From an uncultured Gammaproteobacteria bacterium (lineage in GTDB: Bacteria > Patescibacteriota > Microgenomatia > Woykebacterales > RBG-16-39-9b), in the NCBI GenBank assembly GCA_964367355.1, contig CAYIWY010000003.1, positions 36,919 through 100,918 on the forward strand: a DNA stretch of 64,000 nucleotides, read 5' to 3'. The position numbers and the translations under genes were made by a program. Under the pieces are notes generated by a model. It worked only from the letters and a program-made list of their open reading frames with translations, ran no database searches and was not told the origin of the DNA. Below, one piece after another: positions 40,687-48,376 of the stretch (position 1 is the first letter of the stretch; each line of letters begins with the position of its first letter).

Positions 40687-40964
40687 TTTTCAAGATGCTT
40701 CATTAGTGAATTTACATCTGTAAAAGTTTTAGTCTTGACCTTACCTTTTTCGATATCATCAGTCATTTTATCGTAGCGCGTAATAGCCTGCGGCGAAAGT
40801 TGTACACTTTGCTCAAAAACGATCCCAATTCGTTTTTCAGCAAATCTGCTTAAAAAAACTCTTACGACTTCTTGTAGAGAAGAGAACCCCTGATCCTGAG
40901 CCTCTTGTTCTGCTTCATTCTTAAGTTCCAGATCTATTGGTACTTGTAATACAGTTCTTTGCAT
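40683..40964 (-). CDS. RelB/DinJ-like antitoxin
   Basis: TVLQVPID..GFSSLQEVVRVFL; ATGA overlap with the toxin. Confidence 0.75.
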   Translation of the reverse strand: MQRTVLQVPIDLELKNEAEQEAQDQGFSSLQEVVRVFLSRFAEKRIGIVFEQSVQLSPQAITRYDKMTDDIEKGKVKTKTFTDVNSLMKHLEK

Positions 40965-41224
40965 TTGTGATAATTATAATATTTTGGTAAGGAGAATGCA
41001 AGTGTCAATTTAATAAAGTTAAAAGGTTAAAAAACTAGTCCGAACGTACTCTCACTTGGCCAGGGGTTTATTCAACCTTCCGATTGAGCGCGTTTGTATT
41101 TTAAGCCTCAGAGGCTGTCTGAAATTAGAAAACTACACGAATCTCAATCTTAAGTCTTAAACCTACCTTTGTTATCCACTGCGGCTGGTTTAGCTTCCAT
41201 TAGAACATAATTTTATGGTATAAT

Positions 41225-41425
41225 ATGAACATGTACAATTGGTCTACGGATACAAAAACTCTATCTAAATACCCCGATAAATATGCAGTCTGGAAACTAG
41301 AACAACTTATTAATTTGGGTCTTAATGGTCAGACACTAGATCCTAAAGAGCTTAAAAAATACTTTAATCAATTACAGATTGATCCGCAAAAAAAGAAATA
41401 TCTCATGTTTCTAATTTCTCAATGA
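41225..41425 (+). CDS. Small partner (antitoxin-like) of AbiEii
   Basis: YNWSTD..WKLEQLINLGL; overlaps the toxin start. Confidence 0.7.
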   Translation: MNMYNWSTDTKTLSKYPDKYAVWKLEQLINLGLNGQTLDPKELKKYFNQLQIDPQKKKYLMFLISQ

Positions 41426-42084
41426 AAAATGCAAGCATTCTAACAAAGACTCAAAAGCTTTTTTTAGAACTTTTTGGTAAACAACCTTTTTCCCAAAAAT
41501 TTTATCTTTCCGGAGGTACAGCTCTTACGACTTTTTATATCCCTTATAGATATTCTGAAGATCTAGATTTTTTTAGCGATCAAGAAATACAAATTGATGA
41601 AGTAATAGCATTTATTAGCTCCATAAAAAAGCCGCTTGGATTTACTGTCTTTGATTTTAATACTAGTTTTAATCGTAATCTCATTTTTTTACACCTCCCT
41701 AAGGATCAACTCAAGCTTGAGTTTACCTATTATCCTTTCACCCAGCTAAATACTCCGAAAGAAGAGTTTGGAATAAAAATAGATAGTATTGAAGATATAG
41801 CAATAAATAAACTTTTTACTATTTACCAAAATCCCAGAAGTAGAGATTTTACCGATTTATTTATGATTATTAAAAAGTACGGTTTTAGTATAGGAGATTT
41901 AGTTAAAAAAGCTAAGATTAAATTTGATTGGCATGTAGACCCTTTAAAACTTGGTTCTCAATTTATTTTAGTTGATGATTTAAAAGACTATCCAAGGATG
42001 ATTGAGCCGATAAAAGAAACAGATTGGCAAAATTTCTTTAAAGAAGAAGCAAAAAAACTCAAAAGAGATATTATGAAACCTTAA
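41422..42084 (+). CDS. AbiEii-family nucleotidyltransferase toxin
   Basis: FYLSGGTAL..RYSEDLDFF, INKL..R.RDFTDL. Confidence 0.9.
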   Translation: MKNASILTKTQKLFLELFGKQPFSQKFYLSGGTALTTFYIPYRYSEDLDFFSDQEIQIDEVIAFISSIKKPLGFTVFDFNTSFNRNLIFLHLPKDQLKLEFTYYPFTQLNTPKEEFGIKIDSIEDIAINKLFTIYQNPRSRDFTDLFMIIKKYGFSIGDLVKKAKIKFDWHVDPLKLGSQFILVDDLKDYPRMIEPIKETDWQNFFKEEAKKLKRDIMKP

Positions 42085-42086
42085 TT

Positions 42087-42857
42087 TTATCCCACTCTCC
42101 GCCAAATATCTAGTTTAATTCCCTGTTCTTCAATCTGATTGACAGTTGAAAGATAAAAAGCAAGATTTCTTGTTTCCGAGTCCCGTTGACTTTTAATAAA
42201 TTTTGCCAGAAATGTCCGAGTCAGATATGTTGGGCAAACCAATAGGATTGTAGGGAAGGGGTGTCTTGTAGACTGTTCCCATTTTCCTGAGGTGGCATAT
42301 TTGAATAAGTACTCGATGTGTTTTCTTAAGGCATAGCGCGGCACTTGTTCACTGATTATTTCGAGAAAATAGCGCTTTGTTACTTTTCCTTCAGTTAGTG
42401 CTATATACGCGTCTGGTAACGGCTTGTATAGGTATTTGTGAGGTTTCAAGTCAACTTTGGTGAAAAAGTGGAATTCGCTGCCCATCTCTTTGGTTTGAGA
42501 TCTCAGGTTTAGGTAAATATCGGCAATTAACATCGAATGGTCTCTAAAGAGCTGTGAGCGTCTTTTTTCCTCATAAATACGCTCAAGGAGAGAAGGGATT
42601 ACATTCTCATTTGCTTTTAAAATGTTTCTACTTTTTATATCAAGCCAATATACGGCTGGTTTGATATTTTCCCCAAACTTTCGGGAGTAGGTTCTGGCAA
42701 GTACTCTCTTTTTCGTCATATCAGCAAGCCACTTTTTAATTAGACCGGGATATTTATGATTTAACATTGTCTGAATTTGTTTTCGATCTAGGAAGCGGAA
42801 TCTGTAGAAGATATAGGGTATTTCGCTTTGTTTTGGTGTTAGAACTGGTTGTTCCAT
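42087..42857 (-). CDS. Replication-relaxation (Replic_Relax)-like protein
   Basis: N-terminal wHTH (RFRFLDRKQI), HSMLIADIY, PDAYI..RYFLEI, FPTILLVC. Confidence 0.65.
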   Translation of the reverse strand: MEQPVLTPKQSEIPYIFYRFRFLDRKQIQTMLNHKYPGLIKKWLADMTKKRVLARTYSRKFGENIKPAVYWLDIKSRNILKANENVIPSLLERIYEEKRRSQLFRDHSMLIADIYLNLRSQTKEMGSEFHFFTKVDLKPHKYLYKPLPDAYIALTEGKVTKRYFLEIISEQVPRYALRKHIEYLFKYATSGKWEQSTRHPFPTILLVCPTYLTRTFLAKFIKSQRDSETRNLAFYLSTVNQIEEQGIKLDIWRRVG

Positions 42858-43108
42858 TTGTGATTTAAGAAGGTATGGGGCAAGAGGCAGAAGTAGTAAT
42901 TATTACCTTTAGTTTTGAGGATTATACCATTCCTCCCTTATGTATAAGGAAAAGAGACAGAGAAATACAAAATAATAGCTTCAAAATGGGCTAAAAACTA
43001 TGGCCGCGCGCGGCTATAAAATAAAGCAAAAAAACCTGCTAAACTAACAAGACTTTACGGATTTTAATATATTGACAGTATATACACCATAGATATAATG
43101 TATAAAAT

Positions 43109-43372
43109 ATGAAAAGATATCAGGTTTATCTTAACCCCAAAGCAGTGTCAGTACTTGATGAATTTGAGAAGCACGCTTCTGTTTCCAGATCAAAACTCAT
43201 CCGAGAGGCAATTGACAGATTAGCCTTGAATTTAGCTAAAACATTTACCGAAAAGGGAATTGCCCCTAAAGACAGGTTGATTTTAGATTCACTAATTGGG
43301 AAGATTAATACTGGTAGTCTAAAACAAACCAACTACGCCTTAAAAGATGACAGTTCGTACCTAAGAGATTGA
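43109..43372 (+). CDS. RHH/CopG antitoxin
   Basis: RYQVYL..SRSKLIREAID. Confidence 0.8.
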   Translation: MKRYQVYLNPKAVSVLDEFEKHASVSRSKLIREAIDRLALNLAKTFTEKGIAPKDRLILDSLIGKINTGSLKQTNYALKDDSSYLRD

Positions 43373-43785
43373 TGAAAGTATTTTTTGACACTGGAGTTTT
43401 CATTGCCCTTTTTGTTTCCCAGGAGAAATATCACAAGCAAGTTGCTAAGGAGTATGACTATTATCGTCAGCAAAGAGCTCAATTTTACACCTCTTATTAC
43501 ATACTTGATGAACTATTTACCCGATTAGTATATGACTTCGGTTCTAAAGAAACCGAAAAAGTTATCAATCTGTTTGTAAAATCCCTGGAAAAAGAAGAAA
43601 TAAAAGTGCTAGATATCGATGAAGAAACTTTTAAAAAATCATTAACTATTTTGTTAAAATTTTCCGAGCACAAAGTTTCCCTAACTGATGCAACCACATA
43701 CACTCTTTTTAAGGACTTAGAACTCGACGAAGTGTTCACGTTGAACAGCGACTTTAAGAAAATAGGATTAAAAACCTCGTTTTAG
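43372..43785 (+). CDS. VapC/PIN toxin
   Basis: FFDTGVFIA..ILDE..SLTDAT..NSDF. Confidence 0.85.
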   Translation: MKVFFDTGVFIALFVSQEKYHKQVAKEYDYYRQQRAQFYTSYYILDELFTRLVYDFGSKETEKVINLFVKSLEKEEIKVLDIDEETFKKSLTILLKFSEHKVSLTDATTYTLFKDLELDEVFTLNSDFKKIGLKTSF

Positions 43786-43825
43786 GATCAACATTTGTAT
43801 TTTCTTTACATTCAAAAGATTTATT

Positions 43826-43891
43826 CTAAAGAGAATTCCGGTTAATGGTTTTGATAGTTTCGATGTCTTCAAAGCTAAACTCAATAATTAA
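43826..43891 (+). repeat. Displaced deacetylase 3' end (LKRIPVNGFDSFDVFKAKLNN*)
   Basis: Matches 40325-40390 (LKRVPVNGFDSFDVFKAKLDN*). Confidence 0.9.
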
Positions 43892-43948
43892 TTTTCCTTT
43901 TATTTGCGCTTTTGAGGTATACTGTTTGTACTCTAAAGGAGGAGATCA

Positions 43949-44056
43949 ATGCCTGATTGGTTAGTCCTGTCAATGCTTTTCGTAGCCGTAGTTGGAATTC
44001 CAGTTGCTATCGAATTAACTTTGTTCTGGGATAAAAGGGTTCACAAGGAAACGTAG
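43949..44056 (+). CDS. 35-aa single-TM micropeptide
   Basis: SD AAAGGAGG; MPDWLVLSMLFVAVVGIPVAIELTLFWDKRVHKET. Confidence 0.6.
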   Translation: MPDWLVLSMLFVAVVGIPVAIELTLFWDKRVHKET

Positions 44057-44082
44057 TTGGCGAAAGCCAAAGGAGGATCTTT

Positions 44083-44193
44083 ATGTTACTGCTCAGCTCT
44101 GGTGATTTAGGTTTCACCATAGTCGGTGTTGCCACATCAGCAGTGATACTGTTCGCTACCGTGGCTCTTGTTGTCTTGACCAAACGCGGATAA
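44083..44193 (+). CDS. 36-aa single-TM micropeptide
   Basis: SD AAAGGAGG; MLLLSSGDLGFTIVGVATSAVILFATVALVVLTKRG. Confidence 0.6.
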   Translation: MLLLSSGDLGFTIVGVATSAVILFATVALVVLTKRG

Positions 44194-44211
44194 ATTAAGT
44201 AAACCTCTACA

Positions 44212-44244
44212 AAGGGAAAGAATGCACTCTTTTCCTTCTTTTTT
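44212..44244 (+). terminator. Intrinsic terminator after the micropeptide pair
   Basis: aagggaaaga..tcttttcctt stem followed by a T tract. Confidence 0.6.
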
Positions 44245-44362
44245 ACCCCGAACTATATCGTTAAGAAACTCATAATTGCCTGATTATAAAATGGATAGAA
44301 GAACACAATTTCTAAGTTTGTAAGTCAAGTTAATGGGATTTATAGAGAAAGATTGAGATCTG

Positions 44363-44629
44363 CTAAATGGTGTGGGGAAGTACCTTTTCAAAGACCCATG
44401 GCTGTTCTAAGTCACTAGTCTGCTTTGCCTTATAAACTGTTTTACCTTGTTGGACTAAACTCTTAACAATTTTATCATTCAATTTGTTGAGTCTAGTGTT
44501 TTTTTCAGAAAATGTAACAAAAGCAGCGTTTTCAGGTAAGTTTTTTGATTCTTTAGGGGTTTTACCTAAATAATTAGCAAGTTTTTCGGAAAGAGCTGAG
44601 TTGTATTTAGCCTGTTCTTTAATGCTCAT
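44363..44629 (-). CDS. Small hypothetical protein (DUF5647-like putative antitoxin)
   Basis: 88 aa; N..LSEKL..Y..P..LPENA pattern; downstream of 44657. Confidence 0.5.
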   Translation of the reverse strand: MSIKEQAKYNSALSEKLANYLGKTPKESKNLPENAAFVTFSEKNTRLNKLNDKIVKSLVQQGKTVYKAKQTSDLEQPWVFEKVLPHTI

Positions 44630-44656
44630 GGTCTTGTATATATACTAATACATTAG

Positions 44657-45097
44657 TCACTTGTCAACAACCATGCTTCTTTTTTCGAAAGCACGTCTCA
44701 TATACCAAAACTTCTTAATGATATCTCTTCTAGCCCAATCAAGCCAAGTCCAGACATCTCCTCGTTGTTTAACACCTTCTGTATCTATGATAGGAATCGC
44801 ATTCTTTATTGAGGTTCTTGTATGCCTGTGCAGTATTTTTATGTTATGTGTATTATCGTACATTTTTATCATTAACCAGTCACCACTGATTTCGATTTCG
44901 TATAAAACAGTAATTCTAACAAGGGTATTAACATCAAATTCTTTAACGATTCTTAACCTATCTTCGACTGTAAAATACATTTCCTCAGACTCCCTCCTAA
45001 GAATTGGAAGGTTCTTCCCAGATATTTTTTTAATATCTTTTGCCAACCCGATTTCCTTTAACAAAAGTTTATGAAATTTTCTTTTGCGTTTTTTCAT
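44657..45097 (-). CDS. Hypothetical protein, possible toxin (DUF6516-like)
   Basis: YDNTHN..HRH motif; two-gene module with 44363. Confidence 0.45.
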   Translation of the reverse strand: MKKRKRKFHKLLLKEIGLAKDIKKISGKNLPILRRESEEMYFTVEDRLRIVKEFDVNTLVRITVLYEIEISGDWLMIKMYDNTHNIKILHRHTRTSIKNAIPIIDTEGVKQRGDVWTWLDWARRDIIKKFWYMRRAFEKRSMVVDK

Positions 45098-45339
45098 AAA
45101 TAAAACCCAATAAGTACTGAGCAGTAAATTGATTATACATTAGATAAAAATTGTCAGAGATATATAATGTCGTACAATATTTGATAACAAAATGTTTTCG
45201 CTCAGCTCTTTTTAAGTCCTTTTACTCCTCTCATTTGGCTGTTAAGTGACTTTAGGCTATAATCTCGCCAGAGATTACATCAGGCGAGTTTGTATCAGCA
45301 AAGCCTGATATAATAACGCCTATGTCTAATTCAAGAGAA

Positions 45340-45426
45340 CTGAAAATAAGAACTTTTTCGTCCGAACTCAAAAAACCTTGCATTCATAAATTAGAATTTA
45401 CTGATAGAAATGGATGTAATTTATGA
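45340..45426 (+). repeat. 87-nt start-coupled element, copy 2
   Basis: KIRTFS..KKPCIHK..L*; ATGA overlap with the GT start. Confidence 0.7.
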
Positions 45427-46574
45427 AAGTGGCGCTCGTCCATGATTTCTTAAATCAATACGGAGGTGGAGAGCGAGTGATTGAACAATTGGCTGAGATC
45501 TGGCCGGAAGCAAATATTTACACCAGTTTGTATGATCGAGACTTGATGAAGAACTGGTTAAAAATTGATCCAAGTCGAATTAAGACCAACTTTATCAGCA
45601 AGCTTCCTTTTGCAAATTATCTTTCCAAACATTATTTTTTTCTTTATCCTCTAGCATTCCGAATGCAAAATCTAGGGGACGCGGACATAATTTTCAGTAC
45701 TTCTTCTTACGCGGCAAAATTTGCGCGTGGAAAAAAAGGCTCGATTCACATTTGTTATCTCCATACGGTTCCGAGGTTTCTTTGGGGTTACGATACCGAG
45801 CTCTCCGGATATTACCGCCGATCCTTTGATCGAGTTCTTGCGCCAATATATAAACTAGTCGTTCCGATAGCGAAATTCTTTTTGAAAAAAGCTGATTTTG
45901 CGGCTGCCCAAAAAATTGATTATTTTATTGTCAATTCGAACGAAGTTAAAAAGCGCTTAGTTAAACATTACAAACGGGACGGAATTGTAATCTATCCCCC
46001 GGTCGATACCAAAAGATTTACAGAAGAGTTAAGAGTTAAGAGTGTAGAGTTAGGAGTTAAAAAAGAGGACTATTATTTAATTGTTTCACGTCTAAGTGGT
46101 TATAAAAAAATTGATATTGCTGTTCACGCTTTTAACAAACTCGGAAAAAGATTAAAAATTGTTGGCGATGGTCCGCAGATGGCCTATTTAAAATCAATTG
46201 CGGCACCAAACGTAGAAATTTTGGGAAGAGTTGCTGACGAAAAGGTTACACAACTAGTAAAAAATTGCAAAGCATTTGTTTTCCCCGCACTTGAAGATTT
46301 TGGGATCGTAGTTGTCGAGGCCGAAGCAGCCGGAAAGAGCGTTATTGCTTATGGGCAAGGTGGGGCAACCGAGACCGTAGTCGAAGGAAAAACAGGTTTG
46401 TTCTTTCAAGAACAGACGCCAAAGTCTATAATAGAAGCAGTCAAAAAATTTGAGACCATGAAATTTGATCCGGAAGACTGTCGCAAGCAAGCGGAGAAAT
46501 TTTCAGAAAGTGTGTTTAAGAAAAATATGATTGAATTTGTAAATAAAGTTGTTAAAGAAAGGAAACTACAATGA
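45423..46574 (+). CDS. GT4 glycosyltransferase (WbaZ-like mannosyltransferase)
   Basis: VALVHDFL..GGGERV, EDFGIVVVEA. Confidence 0.9.
   Translation: MKVALVHDFLNQYGGGERVIEQLAEIWPEANIYTSLYDRDLMKNWLKIDPSRIKTNFISKLPFANYLSKHYFFLYPLAFRMQNLGDADIIFSTSSYAAKFARGKKGSIHICYLHTVPRFLWGYDTELSGYYRRSFDRVLAPIYKLVVPIAKFFLKKADFAAAQKIDYFIVNSNEVKKRLVKHYKRDGIVIYPPVDTKRFTEELRVKSVELGVKKEDYYLIVSRLSGYKKIDIAVHAFNKLGKRLKIVGDGPQMAYLKSIAAPNVEILGRVADEKVTQLVKNCKAFVFPALEDFGIVVVEAEAAGKSVIAYGQGGATETVVEGKTGLFFQEQTPKSIIEAVKKFETMKFDPEDCRKQAEKFSESVFKKNMIEFVNKVVKERKLQ
46025..46059 (+). repeat. Five 7-bp units (AGAGTTA-like) inside the GT4 coding region
   Basis: agagtta agagtta agagtgt agagtta ggagtta. Confidence 0.75.
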
Positions 46575-47656
46575 AGTTAATGGTTTTTTCCGGTGGTTCC
46601 GGAACCAGAATGTGGCCCTTGAGTCGAAAATCTATGCCCAAGCAATTCCAAAATTTGGTTGGTGAAACCTCGTTGTTTCAACAAATGATGGCTATGGTGC
46701 TGTCTGGTTTTGAGAGTAAAGATGTCTTTGTTTTAACAGGTAAAGATTTTATTGATCTAGTTGGTAAGCAGGCTCCTGAAATACCGAAGGAAAATATTAT
46801 TGGTGAGCCGGAAATGCGCGATACTTTGGCAGCCGTTAGTTTTGCTGTAGCCTATTTAGACAAGAAATTTCCCGGGGAAACTATGGCGGCAATTTGGGGA
46901 GCTGACCATATTGTCCGGGAAAAAGAAACTTTTGTAAAAGCGCTAAAAGCAGCTGAAAAACTGGCTAACGAGGAATATGTAATCGCTAAAGTCGATGTTC
47001 ATCCGACTTTCCCCAGCGTCCATCTTGGCTATCTTGAAATCGGAAAGAAGCTCAGGGAAGTCGATGGTTTTGACGTTTTCGAATTTATTCGTCAGGTGGA
47101 AAAACCAGATCACGCGACGGCGGAAAAATTTCTTGAAACGGGTAATTATTTATGGAATACAGGTTACTTTGTTTGGCCGTTGAAAAAAATTATGGAGTTA
47201 TTTCAAAAGCACACCCCGGAAACTTTTCAGAGTTTAGTAAAAATCCAAAAAGCATTGGGCACAGACGAAGAGAGCAAAACTATTGAAAAGGAGTATCAAA
47301 AAATCCCCAAGATGAGTGTTGATTACGCTTTGTTTGAAAAACTGGAGAAAAAAGATCAATTGGAAATCCCGGCAGTTTTGGGTTGGACAGATGTGGGTGC
47401 TTGGAATGTCCTGAAGGATGAGCTCGCGGATAGCACGGAAATGAATGTCGTTCGCGGGGAACATGTTGATATTGATTCAGTTGATTGCTTGATTCACCAG
47501 ACCAACGAGGGAAAAATAATTGCTACAGTTGGACTTGAAAGTATGATCGTGGTCGATACACCCGATGCTCTTTTAATTTGTCCAAAAGCTAGAAGCCAGG
47601 ATGTCAAAAAAATTGTCCAAGAGCTAAAAGACAGAAAGAAACATCAGTATCTGTGA
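46571..47656 (+). CDS. manC: Mannose-1-phosphate guanylyltransferase
   Basis: GGSGTRMWPLSR..PKQF, EKP, WNTG, SVDYA, WTDVGAW. Confidence 0.9.
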   Translation: MKLMVFSGGSGTRMWPLSRKSMPKQFQNLVGETSLFQQMMAMVLSGFESKDVFVLTGKDFIDLVGKQAPEIPKENIIGEPEMRDTLAAVSFAVAYLDKKFPGETMAAIWGADHIVREKETFVKALKAAEKLANEEYVIAKVDVHPTFPSVHLGYLEIGKKLREVDGFDVFEFIRQVEKPDHATAEKFLETGNYLWNTGYFVWPLKKIMELFQKHTPETFQSLVKIQKALGTDEESKTIEKEYQKIPKMSVDYALFEKLEKKDQLEIPAVLGWTDVGAWNVLKDELADSTEMNVVRGEHVDIDSVDCLIHQTNEGKIIATVGLESMIVVDTPDALLICPKARSQDVKKIVQELKDRKKHQYL

Positions 47657-47737
47657 TATAATTAGATACACTCAAAACAGGTTTGTGGCAAGGGGATTAC
47701 CTTTGCCTATTTTTAAGTTTTAGAAGTTTCAAAATCA

Positions 47738-48376
47738 ATGTTTTACGATTTACCTAAGCGTTTTTTAGATGTTGTTGGGGCAATTTTGTTTTTAGGTATT
47801 CTCTCTCCAGTCATAATTTTGGCAGCAGTTCTGGTAAAAATTACCTCTGACGGACCACTTTTAGTTGAGCATTCTGACCGCGTTGGAGAAAATAACAAAC
47901 TTTTTCGAATGTATAAATTTCGTTCAATGATAAAAAATTCGCATCAACTGATTCGAAATGACCCTAAATTCAAAAAGCTGTTGGCAGAGTACAAGAGTAA
48001 TAGTTTTAAGTTGGGAAAGGACCCAAGAATTACATCGGTTGGGACTTTTCTGCGAAGATTTAGTATCGATGAGCTTCCCCAGCTCTTTAATGTCCTGAAA
48101 GGTGATATGAGCCTGATTGGCCCGCGAGCTTACTATTCAGACGAATTGAGCGAACAAAAGAAGAAATACCCACGCTGTAAAGAAAATATTTCCGTTGCCT
48201 TGAGTGTAAAACCGGGAATGACTGGTCTTTGGCAGGTTTCGGGGAGAAGTAAGATTGGTTTTGAAAAAAGAGTTGAGCTTGATTCAAACTATGCGAAATC
48301 GAAATCATTGGTTTTAGATCTAGTCATACTGCTCAAAACTCCTTGGGCAGTTTTCGCTGGCGAGGGAGTTAATTGA
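47738..48376 (+). CDS. Priming sugar (phosphoglycosyl) transferase
   Basis: [45 protein letters not shown]. Confidence 0.92.
   Translation: MFYDLPKRFLDVVGAILFLGILSPVIILAAVLVKITSDGPLLVEHSDRVGENNKLFRMYKFRSMIKNSHQLIRNDPKFKKLLAEYKSNSFKLGKDPRITSVGTFLRRFSIDELPQLFNVLKGDMSLIGPRAYYSDELSEQKKKYPRCKENISVALSVKPGMTGLWQVSGRSKIGFEKRVELDSNYAKSKSLVLDLVILLKTPWAVFAGEGVN

Noticed and set aside
9384-45097. Classical integron or prophage explanation for the TA arrays
   Set aside because: No intI or other integrase, no attC-like GTTRRRY/RYYYAAC hairpins recognised, and no phage genes; the cassettes carry their own promoters in mixed orientations.
47677-47707. acaggtttgtggcaa reads TGLWQ, like the sugar transferase C-terminal motif
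   Set aside because: Only five codons and part of a hairpin; compatible with chance.
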